Part shown: piece after piece, positions 1 to 9,432 of the stretch
How positions within the stretch are numbered: position 1 is the stretch's first letter
Layout of the letters: each line of letters starts with the position of its first letter
From: an uncultured Candidatus Saccharibacteria bacterium
Lineage (GTDB): Bacteria > Patescibacteriota > Minisyncoccia > UBA6257 > 2-01-FULL-56-20
Reading direction: 5' to 3'
NCBI GenBank assembly: GCA_965231155.1
Contig: OZ246418.1
Location: forward strand, 110,850 to 174,849
Length of the DNA: 64,000 nt
Notes under the pieces: model-generated
Databases searched by the model: none
Seen by the model: only the letters and a program-made list of their open reading frames with translations
What the model was told of the DNA's origin: nothing
Translations under genes and position numbers: made by a program

Positions 1-1566
1 CGTCATCTGCTTCACCCACTGTTTTATTTTTTCTTCAATGCGACAGAAGGGACAGCGTCGCGGTAATGGAAAGTTATGCTGACGCAAAAACTGCAACTCT
101 TGATTAGTGATTCGATAGCCTCGCGAACATGTTTTGCACTGAATGATTTCCTTCAAAATATCATCCCCCACATCTTTTATGTGATCGGGCAGTTCTTCAT
201 ACTTCTTGGTGATCTGATAATCACTGGCGGCGTTTTCAGCCCAGGAGAGACCTTGTTTCAGTGCCACTTCTTTCTCAAGCGGAAAGAACATGTGCGCAAA
301 CGTGTCGTTGTACTCATGGGGTGGAGTGGTCATCGGGAAAAACTCTCCATACTCTCCCCTGCGTTTCATATCCTCGATTATTTCTGCGGTTAATTTCTGA
401 TACTCTTCCTTCGAGTATTGCGTGTTCAAAACACAGTACTCTTTTCCCCGAAGCGCGCTACAGCCAAAAAGATTGGCGCCGGACATACAACTCTTGGAGT
501 ACTCCACATGATGACTGGCGTGGACGTCCTGACTGAACCGCACATTCGAGACGGCGTTACCGACAGTGATGCACTCATATATCAGCTCCGCTCCCTCTCC
601 CCAGTCGGTATAGTCATAGCTATCTTTGACGCTCGGATTTTTGATGAGCATCATAAACTTGCAGTTCTCGCAGTAGCCAGAGTCGTAACACTCTTTGCAG
701 TTCTTGGAATAAAACACGTAATTGCCGGTTGAGTTCTCAGAAAAATAATCATAGTAAGAACAAGGGATAGAGTTCCTCCAGACGGCCATGGCTTTCTCCT
801 TCATCTCTTCATACGTCTTATACGAACCGAGATCTATCTCTCCTCGTCTCTTTTCGTACTCTTCTTTGGTCAACTGTTCGTTGAAGAATACATATTTTTT
901 ATTGTAGAGATTGGAGGAGCCGAAAGAATCCTGCGCATTCCGAGAGTCTTTAATGAAATGGCAGTCGATGGAGTTGTGGACGTTACCACGAGAACCGTGG
1001 ACTCGGTTGTTGCGGAATCCGTTCATGCTGTCGTAGCAGTACTCACACTCCCAAAGGACACTACAGTCGAGCAATGATTTATCTCGGGCTAGGAAGAATC
1101 CGTACTGACAATCCTCGTCGTAGTCGGAATAGAAAATTAGATAGCAGTTCTTGGCGTGATCGCAGTGGTTGGTAAACGGCGAAGTCTCGGTGATCTCTTT
1201 GGTGACTGCTAGTCCTCGAATTGGCACGCGATGCATCTGCTCGTTGAACTGCTCGAAAAATGGCCGCGAGGAGTCGTATTTTATGCCATACTCCATCGGA
1301 TCCCACTTGTCCGACCACCAACACTCGGCACAGTAGACGGTGTACGGCGCTTCCGGCCGGTACATCGAAACCTTCTCCTCGTGACAGAGATCACACTTAC
1401 GCTTATATAGCCGCAACCCCTTAAACCAGGCCAGTCGTCGTTGCAAACGACACGACGGACAGTGGGTCGGCGGCGGCACTTGGATCTTCGTATAAAAATC
1501 AAAATCCTCCGGCTCAATCGGAAAATCAGCTTTACAACTCTGGCACTTTTTGACTTCTAGTTCCAT
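1..1566 (-). CDS. Partial (3'-truncated by the window edge) paralog P0 of the cysteine-rich multi-zinc-ribbon family that forms the 36687..48795 array; at least 522 aa lie in the window.
   Basis: Hand translation of the minus strand from the ATG at 1566..1564 gives MELEVKKCQSCKADFPIEPEDFDFYTKIQVPPPTHCPSCRLQRRLAW..., then ...KCDLCHEEKVSMYRPEAPYTVYCAECWWSDKWDPMEYGIKYDSSRPFFEQ..., and near the edge ...LQFLRQHNFPLPRRCPFCRIEEK. This is the same motif order as the array paralogs. The frame stays open down to position 1. It is missing from the ORF track, presumably because it is incomplete. Confidence 0.7.
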   Translation of the reverse strand, partial: MELEVKKCQSCKADFPIEPEDFDFYTKIQVPPPTHCPSCRLQRRLAWFKGLRLYKRKCDLCHEEKVSMYRPEAPYTVYCAECWWSDKWDPMEYGIKYDSSRPFFEQFNEQMHRVPIRGLAVTKEITETSPFTNHCDHAKNCYLIFYSDYDEDCQYGFFLARDKSLLDCSVLWECEYCYDSMNGFRNNRVHGSRGNVHNSIDCHFIKDSRNAQDSFGSSNLYNKKYVFFNEQLTKEEYEKRRGEIDLGSYKTYEEMKEKAMAVWRNSIPCSYYDYFSENSTGNYVFYSKNCKECYDSGYCENCKFMMLIKNPSVKDSYDYTDWGEGAELIYECITVGNAVSNVRFSQDVHASHHVEYSKSCMSGANLFGCSALRGKEYCVLNTQYSKEEYQKLTAEIIEDMKRRGEYGEFFPMTTPPHEYNDTFAHMFFPLEKEVALKQGLSWAENAASDYQITKKYEELPDHIKDVGDDILKEIIQCKTCSRGYRITNQELQFLRQHNFPLPRRCPFCRIEEKIKQWVKQMT

Positions 1567-1703
1567 TTGCTTAGTAGTATACCGCTTTCTTTTCTGAGGC
1601 TCCAAATATTCCGAACAAACCTCATTTTGCCTCGTTTATATACTTTTGACTTCCCTATCGGGAGGACTAGAATGAGGGCATAAATCGTTATCCTTGAAGC
1701 ACT

Positions 1704-2345
1704 ATGGAACCAGAGAAAAAAGAATTCACCGCTGGCACAGCGCCATCAAAAAATACATTCGAGAGTCTTATGGAGGCAGTTAAAAACCCTGCCTTTATTC
1801 TCGGTATATTCGATTTACTTTTACTAACATGTTCGGGTATTTTTCTCTTGTTTGTTTTTAGAAGCGGCCCGAATGAAGCATTTTTTTCTCCTGATGTACC
1901 TTGGGTAAAACTACTATTCCTAGCCCTTTCATTTACTACTCCCTTTGTTGTCATCAACCTTATTCCCTTATATTTTGCGCTGCCCGAATATAGACTGAAA
2001 CCTAATGCCAAACTTGAAGATGCCTCTCCCGGTTTCTTTATGCTAGCTACATTCTCTATATTCTGGACGAGCTTTTTGATTTATATAATTTCAGGGTACG
2101 CTTATGTTTATAACGAGTTTGGAAGAAATAGTCTAAGAAATTTTGTTCTTGGGGAAGTTTTTCTAATTATATCGATCCTTTCATATGGCCTGTTCAAACC
2201 CCAACTCTGGAAAAAACTTACTGATAGCAAAGATCTCCTTATGTATCTCTTAATTATTACCATCCTTTTTATATTCGGAGGGATTGTTTTTTATAAGTTC
2301 CCCATCGAACAAACAATAATTTCTCTCTGCCAGTACGAAAGCTAA
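1704..2345 (+). CDS. Hypothetical polytopic membrane protein.
   Basis: 213 aa with several hydrophobic helices (e.g. FILGIFDLLLLTCSGIFLLFVF, MLATFSIFWTSFLIYIISGYAYV). I recognise no domain. Confidence 0.5.
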   Translation: MEPEKKEFTAGTAPSKNTFESLMEAVKNPAFILGIFDLLLLTCSGIFLLFVFRSGPNEAFFSPDVPWVKLLFLALSFTTPFVVINLIPLYFALPEYRLKPNAKLEDASPGFFMLATFSIFWTSFLIYIISGYAYVYNEFGRNSLRNFVLGEVFLIISILSYGLFKPQLWKKLTDSKDLLMYLLIITILFIFGGIVFYKFPIEQTIISLCQYES

Positions 2346-2383
2346 CCTTCCAAAAAATAAAGTAATATAGTCCCAGTGATTTT

Positions 2384-2857
2384 ATGACCGCCCCTAGAAA
2401 ACCCACTAAGACTACAGACTCATACATTATTTCATATCCCAAAGAGATTGCGGATAAGTTGAAGCTCGTTCGGGCGACTATCAAAAAGGTGGCGACTCAA
2501 GCCACAGAAGCGATTAGTTATGGAATTCCGACTTTCAAGCTGAATGGCAATTTGATTCACTTTGCGGCTTTCAAAAATCATATTGGTCTTTATCCTGGCG
2601 CAGCCGGAGTAAAAGCTTTCAAGAAAGAGATTGCCTCTTATAGAACTTCTAAAGGAGCGATTCAGTTTCCGCTCGATAAACCCCTCCCCCTTCCTTTAAT
2701 AAAAAAGATTACACAGTATCGAGTGAAGGTAAGTCTGGCCAAGAAATCAAAAACCTGTAGTCGTGGACACCTATTCGAAAGAAGTAGTGAGTATCCCACT
2801 TGTCCCATCTGCTGGCCGGGTCGTTACAAGAAGAAAACTCCTGTGCCCAAGAAATAG
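2384..2857 (+). CDS. DUF1801 (YdhG-like) domain protein with a C-terminal CxxC...CPxC zinc-ribbon tail.
   Basis: ISYGIPTFKLNGNLIHFAAFKNHIGLYPG matches the DUF1801 core; the C-terminus has CSRGH...CPIC. Confidence 0.55.
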   Translation: MTAPRKPTKTTDSYIISYPKEIADKLKLVRATIKKVATQATEAISYGIPTFKLNGNLIHFAAFKNHIGLYPGAAGVKAFKKEIASYRTSKGAIQFPLDKPLPLPLIKKITQYRVKVSLAKKSKTCSRGHLFERSSEYPTCPICWPGRYKKKTPVPKK

Positions 2858-4221
2858 GTATAGGCATTCCTTCGATTCTTGAGATTGTATTGTTCTCAAA
2901 CGGACATTACAATCTCTTTGTGACAGTTCCAAAAAAACCTTACAAAATACTTATCGCTGAATTCATAATCTCCGACATTGTTACGGAGATTCCTTATCTG
3001 TTTAGTAAAGTTGGATGCACCGTCGAAGTTTTTTGTCCCAAAGAATCATTCCTGCTAAAAAACAAATACTGGAGTAACTGGCTTGAAAGTCCATATTCTT
3101 CGAAAGAGTTTTCCGAAAAACTCCAAAAGGTAGTCACTGAGAATTCATACGATTGGATCATCCTAGCCAATGATCAGACCATTCGTCTCATAAACGAAAG
3201 CATCTCAGATGATCTTCTGGCCAGAAAAATTCTCCCCCTCTCAAAGCTGGAGAATCGATATATGCTTGGTTCGAAAGCTGGTCTTTCAAGAATCTGCAAT
3301 GAAAATAATATCCTCACGCCCAAATACATTTCCTGTGAGAGTTCCGTTGACATAGAGAATGCGCCATTGGAGTTGTTCCCTGCCCTCCTAAAGATGGACC
3401 GGAGCGAGGGTGGAAATGGAGTTTTCTTATGCGAAGACAAGCCGATGGCACTCGATAAAATGAAAAATCTCTCTGTCGAAGAAAGAAAAGGACTTATTCT
3501 TCAGAAATATATTCCTGGTGATAATATTGCCGTCGAAGCACTCTATAAAAATGGCAAGTTATTAGCCTACTCCTATTCCAAGGTAATTCAGACAACTAAC
3601 GGGGAGTTTAGCCCCTCGATAACTCGAAGCTACTCCTCATGTCCGAAAATCGAAGACAGTTTAATCAAGATTGGAGAAGTCGTAGGTTTTAATGGCTTCA
3701 ATAATATGACATTTATGCGTACTGGAGAGAAGCATTTCCTCATTGAAGCTGATCCCCGTCCACAATCATGGTTTCGTCTAGGAGAATTTGGAGGTATGGA
3801 TTTCTCTCTGGCTATCGAAAACTATCTTATGGATCGATACGAACTAATGCGCCCAGATATACCACTGAAAACCTCCGACATAACGGTTCGACACTTCTTT
3901 AGAGAAATTAACTACTTTCTCCACAATGCTGACTTTCTTAATCTCTCCAAGTGGGTATTCAATAATGATGGCCGCTGGCGATTCATCCCTTGGTACGATT
4001 TCAAAGTGTTGGGAACAATGAGTAAAATACTAATACATAACTGCCTACAAGGACTGATTAAAAGAGTCCGCCTACAAAATCTATCACGACTTCTACTCAA
4101 GGGTCGGTCAAGAACCTTGGTTATTCACGAAAAAATTAATGGACGGAAAATGCCCAAAGTGTCATCACCCTATGCCCCCGAGACAGAAGATGAAAACAAC
4201 CTATTCTCCAAAACATTCTAG
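2800..4221 (+). CDS. ATP-grasp domain protein. The true start is probably internal: the ORF-track start overlaps the upstream gene by 58 nt.
   Basis: ATP-grasp-like motifs PALLKMDRSEGGNGVFLCED and QKYIPGDNIAVEALY. A possible in-frame GTG at about 2920 (VTVPKKPYKILIAEF) would remove the overlap. Confidence 0.5.
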   Translation: MSHLLAGSLQEENSCAQEIGIGIPSILEIVLFSNGHYNLFVTVPKKPYKILIAEFIISDIVTEIPYLFSKVGCTVEVFCPKESFLLKNKYWSNWLESPYSSKEFSEKLQKVVTENSYDWIILANDQTIRLINESISDDLLARKILPLSKLENRYMLGSKAGLSRICNENNILTPKYISCESSVDIENAPLELFPALLKMDRSEGGNGVFLCEDKPMALDKMKNLSVEERKGLILQKYIPGDNIAVEALYKNGKLLAYSYSKVIQTTNGEFSPSITRSYSSCPKIEDSLIKIGEVVGFNGFNNMTFMRTGEKHFLIEADPRPQSWFRLGEFGGMDFSLAIENYLMDRYELMRPDIPLKTSDITVRHFFREINYFLHNADFLNLSKWVFNNDGRWRFIPWYDFKVLGTMSKILIHNCLQGLIKRVRLQNLSRLLLKGRSRTLVIHEKINGRKMPKVSSPYAPETEDENNLFSKTF

Positions 4222-4279
4222 GGGTAATAAAAAAGCCTCGTTGCCATATGCGATAACGAGGACTTAGTTCGTTTATAGA

Positions 4280-4729
4280 CTAACGACGAGAGTGGCTTCT
4301 CCGTTTCACGACGAGATCATCAGAAACAGGAGGAAGTCGATACTCACGGGGTGGTTCTCCTGGCTGGCCAGAGAACATAGGCATTCCTGGGCGAGACTCC
4401 ACCCTACCTTCGGTGACCAGTTCTCGCAGGAGCCTGATGAAAGGCAGGCTGAGTGAAAATCGCTCTTCTGCGGATAATCCCTTCTGAGCAAGCAGAACTT
4501 TCAATGCCTCCTCAGAAGTCCGCCATAGCCTTTGACTCAAGGCTTGCAGAACGTCATCCTTAGTCAGTAAGACTGGTGGTTGGTACGCAATGAAACCACC
4601 AATCAGACCCATGAATACTGCGACAAAGCCACTACTTGGAAGATCCTCTCCGAGCAAGAAGCATGTCACTAGAAAACTTGCGCCGCCTAACAAGGAAGCG
4701 CCAAAAAGACCGAAAACCACTGCACACAC
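4280..4729 (-). CDS. Hypothetical protein with N-terminal transmembrane helices.
   Basis: 149 aa; N-terminal hydrophobic segments followed by a charged C-terminal region; no recognisable domain. Confidence 0.4.
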   Translation of the reverse strand: MCAVVFGLFGASLLGGASFLVTCFLLGEDLPSSGFVAVFMGLIGGFIAYQPPVLLTKDDVLQALSQRLWRTSEEALKVLLAQKGLSAEERFSLSLPFIRLLRELVTEGRVESRPGMPMFSGQPGEPPREYRLPPVSDDLVVKRRSHSRR

Positions 4730-4787
4730 CTCCGAAAAAGCTGAACCTATTAAAACTTGCCACCATCAAAACGTCAATATACATCCC

Positions 4788-7700
4788 TTAAGATACCCTT
4801 CCCTCTCGCGCATCCAAAAGATCCTCCTCGAAGGCAAGAACTCCCTTTAAATCTTTGGAGTATTTCTCGACTTCCGGAAACTCTAGGTTTTTTACCTTTT
4901 TAAAAACAATCTGAATCAAGGCAGTGAGGCGATCAACCTCTGATTGCTCAATGACTAATGGGAGTTCGATAATCCTCCCCTTCAACGGTTCCACGAAATC
5001 CAAAACTCCCTCGCTGACGGTATACTTTCCTCCAAAATCTCGGGAGTGTTCGACTAATAATTTATAGAAAACTAACTGACGACGATAGTTGTGAAGTTTT
5101 ACTTTTTCGTAGGCGTCTGACGACTCCCATTCTTCGACAGGGTGACCGGTTTTTAGATCTCGGACGATGAGCTCGTTTGGACCCTTCGTCACAATCCGAT
5201 CGATCTTTCCATTAATATGCGCTTCGCCCAGGACAACTCCCTGATGACGAAAGTCCATCTCAATTCGATCATCAACACGAAACTCGGTCTGCTTTTCTTT
5301 ATAAAAAGTTGTCAGCGCCTTCTCTCCTCTCGAAAGACACCCCTTCAGATCGCGTTCGGAAAGACGCTGTCGCTCTATGCGGTAGTTATACAACTCCAAG
5401 AGGCGCTCGACTGGAGGGAGAAGATTTTGATTCTTAAACTCGGCATAGAAATCCTCTACTGCGCCGTGGACTGCTGAACCGAAAGAACCAGAGACAGTCT
5501 TCGCCTGAGGAAATCGCAACAAGTTCTGCTCTAAAAACTTCATCGGCCCACCGTCTCTGACATTCAAAAAATTATTTAAGTGAGTAACGCTCATCTGATA
5601 ATCCTTCACCAACTCCGAGAGAAGTGCTGACTCGTCTGGCACATAAGGACCGCGATTATATGTCGACCAATCAACGGAAAGAATTTCGACTGGATCGGCA
5701 ATAGCTCCTTTCTCTTCAGACGAAACCAGGAGAGCTGACTGTAGACTTTCGGACAGGTGTTCATCTTCGGCTGAAGTGAGAAATCGAAGCGGCATTGATT
5801 CCTTACCACTCTCTGTCCGTTCGTACGCGGTAAGATAAAGCCACTTCTTGGCCCTGGTGAGTGCCACATAAAAAAGACGCAACTGATCATCAAGCGTATC
5901 CCCCGCAGGAACAATGGGCAGGTTTGAAGGAAATGGCAGGAGTGAGGCAAACGGAGCACGAGCCCAGATCTCGTCCTGACAGTTCACCACGAAGACCACC
6001 TCAAACTCCAAACCCTTGGCTTTATGTGCAGTCAGAAGATGGACAGCATCGGTGGAGGCAACAAATGGACTCTGATCGGTAATCGGTAAATTGTTTTTCT
6101 CATGGATATCAATAAACTCGACCAGATCACTCATCTTCAAAAACTGTCCTTGTTTATACTCGCGAAGCGACTGCACAAAAACTCGCAAACTGGAAAGGAA
6201 ACTTAAATACTCAGCCTTGCGCGTCTGTAGCTTCTCGGGACTAAAATAGTAGTTACGAAATGGGCTCGTAAACTTACCATCTTCGGTGACTGGCAAAACC
6301 TCATCCTCGTCCTCTGACTCAGTAAGCAAGGAAAGGTGTGAACCGACCAAACTATCAATAATCGATTCTACTGGCTCATACTTTGCTCGATTGCGAAGTG
6401 CTAAGAAAAATTCAGCAATCGCCTGTATCTTCGGATCACTATGACGCACCATCCCATCGAGCCACAGAGCATGTTCCTTGGCAGCGCCACTCGATAAATT
6501 CCACAGAGTTAGACGATCAATTCCCCAGAAGGGGTAGCTCATGATCTCTGATAAATACACATCAGCAGTACGTGGATCGCTACTCCCGAGAGCTTCAAGA
6601 AAACGACCCATCTGAATGATCTGACGCACATGTGGCTCTAATAAGACATTCCGCTGTCGCTCGTAGGCCACTGGAATCTTCGTCGCTGAAAAAAACGGAA
6701 GGAGCGCTTCGAGATCTTTATGTTGTCTGGCGATGATGGCGATTTGATCAGCGGGCACTCCCTTGTCGATTATTCGGCGAACTTCTTGGGCAATCCAGTG
6801 ATACTGATGAGGACTCGAAGAGAAACTCTTATTTGTAATAGCGCCCACCTCTAAGCCCTCACCAGCCGCCACCAGATCCTTCCGTAATCCTTCGATGCGA
6901 TTCTCTAAACGATCACCCCCCTTCTGAATAACATATCGCGCCAAGTCTAAAATATCCTGACGGGAACGGTAGTTGTGAGTAAGCGTGATAATTTTTGGTT
7001 CGCGATATTTTTTACCAAAGGCAAGAATATTTGAAATCTCCGCGCCCTGAAATTTAAAAATTGCCTGATCATCATCGCCCACGGCCATAATGTTGGGACG
7101 TCCCTCGTGCACCTCAAGGTCGGTCAGATAGTGAAGTAGTTGCATCTGTGCATCGTTCGTGTCCTGGAACTCATCAACAAGTAAGTACTGGAAACGTTCC
7201 TGAAGCTCATATCGCAAAGCATCATTTTTCTTAAGCGCCTGAAGTACATCAAGGAGCATGTCATCAAAATCAAAATACCCCCGTTCATGCATACGGTTGA
7301 GATACTGCTCATAAACCTCGGCCAACGCCTTCATCTTTTCCAGATACATAGCATCCTTCAGCACTCGACGTCCCTCATCATTCTTTTTCGTCCACGCCTC
7401 CTTCCAGGCAGAAAGTGATGCGGTCTTCCCCTCCTCTTCAGTTCTCAAGATAGCGTCATTAAGAGATCTCCCGACCGCCTGGGAAAGTGACTGATACACA
7501 CCGACCGGTAGTGAAGGCTTTTGCGCGACCACGCGTTCAGCAAATTCTTTAATCTTCGGAAGTAGTTTCATGCTCACCCGCTCATCAAAAACGGACATAC
7601 CCTTATCTATCTCTGCGAGTGCTTCTTCGTTATTTTTCAGAATCGCCTGAAAATCTTCGGGATTAAGACCAGCACGTTTCAGCTGTTTAATACCGTCCTT

Positions 7701-8156
7701 AATCGCCTTCAAATAAGTAAACCCTTGCTCCGGATGAACCTTCTTCAATGGATTGTCATGAGAAAGTTTGTGGATCACGCCCTCAAGAACTTCGGTCTGA
7801 GTCAGATCATCAGCGGGTAGAAAAGAAGCGCCGTCATAAAAATATTCGGGATACCGATTGATGACATCAACACTGAAACTATGGAACGTATAAATAGGAA
7901 CACGGTAAGCGTCTCGTCCGATCAACTCCGCCAACCGACGACGCATATTCAAAGCCGCAAAGTCGGTGAAGGTGAGACAGAGAATATTACTCGGATGGGT
8001 ATCGGTGTTTTTAAGAATGTGCGCCACCCGGAGACTCAAGACTTCCGTTTTTCCGCTCCCCGGACCAGCCACCACTAGAACGGGGCCTTCGATAGTATCA
8101 ACCACCTCCTTTTGGCGGTCGTTCAGTTTTTTGTATCGCTCGAGAAATAAAGACAT
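4788..8156 (-). CDS. UvrD/PcrA-family SF1 helicase fused to a C-terminal RecB-like PD-(D/E)xK nuclease (AddA-like helicase-nuclease).
   Basis: 1122 aa. N-terminal Walker A VLVVAGPGSGKTEVL. Canonical UvrD helicase motifs LLVDEFQDTN and TLTHNYRS. C-terminal nuclease-type region VDFRHQ...GKIDRI...DLKTG. Confidence 0.8.
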   Translation of the reverse strand: MSLFLERYKKLNDRQKEVVDTIEGPVLVVAGPGSGKTEVLSLRVAHILKNTDTHPSNILCLTFTDFAALNMRRRLAELIGRDAYRVPIYTFHSFSVDVINRYPEYFYDGASFLPADDLTQTEVLEGVIHKLSHDNPLKKVHPEQGFTYLKAIKDGIKQLKRAGLNPEDFQAILKNNEEALAEIDKGMSVFDERVSMKLLPKIKEFAERVVAQKPSLPVGVYQSLSQAVGRSLNDAILRTEEEGKTASLSAWKEAWTKKNDEGRRVLKDAMYLEKMKALAEVYEQYLNRMHERGYFDFDDMLLDVLQALKKNDALRYELQERFQYLLVDEFQDTNDAQMQLLHYLTDLEVHEGRPNIMAVGDDDQAIFKFQGAEISNILAFGKKYREPKIITLTHNYRSRQDILDLARYVIQKGGDRLENRIEGLRKDLVAAGEGLEVGAITNKSFSSSPHQYHWIAQEVRRIIDKGVPADQIAIIARQHKDLEALLPFFSATKIPVAYERQRNVLLEPHVRQIIQMGRFLEALGSSDPRTADVYLSEIMSYPFWGIDRLTLWNLSSGAAKEHALWLDGMVRHSDPKIQAIAEFFLALRNRAKYEPVESIIDSLVGSHLSLLTESEDEDEVLPVTEDGKFTSPFRNYYFSPEKLQTRKAEYLSFLSSLRVFVQSLREYKQGQFLKMSDLVEFIDIHEKNNLPITDQSPFVASTDAVHLLTAHKAKGLEFEVVFVVNCQDEIWARAPFASLLPFPSNLPIVPAGDTLDDQLRLFYVALTRAKKWLYLTAYERTESGKESMPLRFLTSAEDEHLSESLQSALLVSSEEKGAIADPVEILSVDWSTYNRGPYVPDESALLSELVKDYQMSVTHLNNFLNVRDGGPMKFLEQNLLRFPQAKTVSGSFGSAVHGAVEDFYAEFKNQNLLPPVERLLELYNYRIERQRLSERDLKGCLSRGEKALTTFYKEKQTEFRVDDRIEMDFRHQGVVLGEAHINGKIDRIVTKGPNELIVRDLKTGHPVEEWESSDAYEKVKLHNYRRQLVFYKLLVEHSRDFGGKYTVSEGVLDFVEPLKGRIIELPLVIEQSEVDRLTALIQIVFKKVKNLEFPEVEKYSKDLKGVLAFEEDLLDAREGRVS

Positions 8157-8250
8157 CTATCCCTCCATAATCGACGAAAATCGTGGGGGTGTCTAGTGAG
8201 GATTACTACTCGAAATCGAAGAAAAACACATCTTCGTTGATATATGTATA

Positions 8251-9408
8251 ATGGAAGATATGGAACCACTCGCCTCCCAGATACGCCCAGAGAAGCTCGA
8301 GGAGTTTATCGGCCAGGAACACCTGGTGGGACCAGGCAAACCTCTCTACCTGGCAATTAAAGAGAAGCACATTTTCTCATTCCTTTTGTGGGGACCACCA
8401 GGAGTTGGCAAGACAACACTGGCTAAGATCTACGCCAACTCTCTGAATGCTCATCTCTATGAACTCTCGGCGGTTTCAGCGGGTAAGGACGACATCAGAA
8501 AAATCGTAGAAGAGAAGGACACACTTTTCACGGGACCAAAAGTTCTTTTCTTAGATGAGATTCATCGCTTTAATAAAGCCCAGCAGGATTTTCTTCTTCC
8601 CTATGTGGAACGCGGTAGTCTAGTTTTGATTGGCGCCACCACCGAAAATCCAAGCTTCGAGGTAATCCCGGCGCTTCTCTCTCGTTGTCGCGTCTTTATC
8701 CTCAACGAACTGACCGACGAGGATATGCGAAAGATTATTGACCGCACAAAAATAAAAGTTGATAAGAAAGCTAGAGAATGGCTCATCGCGATGGCCAATG
8801 GTGACGCTCGACAGGCAATTGGCGTACTAGAAAACGCGGTACAACTGTATAAGAAAATCGACCTCGAAGCGCTCAAGAACACAATCCAAAATAAATTCCT
8901 TCGTTTCGATAAGAAGGGCGAGGAGCACTACAACGTCATCAGTGCGTACATTAAAAGTATGCGTGCGAGCCAACCTGATGCCGCGCTTTATTATTTAGCT
9001 CGCATGCTGGAATCGGGCGAGGATCCAAAATTCATCGCGCGACGAATGGTTATTTTCGCTTCGGAAGATATTGGCATGGCCCAACCCACCGCGCTTGTTG
9101 TCGCCAATGAAGTTTTTCAGGCTGTCGATACTATTGGAATGCCCGAAGCAGCGATCAATCTGGCACACGGTACGGTCTATCTATCAGTTGCCTTAAAAGA
9201 CAGAAGTACCTACAGCGCCTACTTCACTGTGCTTGAGGATGTAAAAAAATATGGCAATCTACCTATCCCAATGGAAATTCGGAATGCTCCTACTAAACTT
9301 ATGAAAAGTGTTGGCTATGGAAAGGGCTATGAAGCCTATACTGAGAAAAGTCTCCTCCCAGAGAAGTTGCGGGGTAAAAAATACTTCCCAAAAAAGAAGT
9401 CGGCCTAA
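8251..9408 (+). CDS. rarA: Replication-associated recombination protein A (RarA/MgsA AAA+ ATPase). The real start is probably the second ATG at 8260 (see findings).
   Basis: LLWGPPGVGKTTLAKI (Walker A), VLFLDEIHRFNKAQQD (Walker B region), and a C-terminal MgsA-type helical domain (ARRMVIFASEDIGMAQP). Confidence 0.85.
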   Translation: MEDMEPLASQIRPEKLEEFIGQEHLVGPGKPLYLAIKEKHIFSFLLWGPPGVGKTTLAKIYANSLNAHLYELSAVSAGKDDIRKIVEEKDTLFTGPKVLFLDEIHRFNKAQQDFLLPYVERGSLVLIGATTENPSFEVIPALLSRCRVFILNELTDEDMRKIIDRTKIKVDKKAREWLIAMANGDARQAIGVLENAVQLYKKIDLEALKNTIQNKFLRFDKKGEEHYNVISAYIKSMRASQPDAALYYLARMLESGEDPKFIARRMVIFASEDIGMAQPTALVVANEVFQAVDTIGMPEAAINLAHGTVYLSVALKDRSTYSAYFTVLEDVKKYGNLPIPMEIRNAPTKLMKSVGYGKGYEAYTEKSLLPEKLRGKKYFPKKKSA

Positions 9409-9432
9409 CTCCTGTGGTATAGTAAAGTTCAT

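Noticed and set aside
76-732. Three plus-strand ORFs (76..393, 261..536, 418..732) listed by the ORF track.
   Set aside because: They lie inside, and antisense to, the long minus-strand P0 coding frame. Their translations are low-complexity with no motifs, so they are shadow ORFs.
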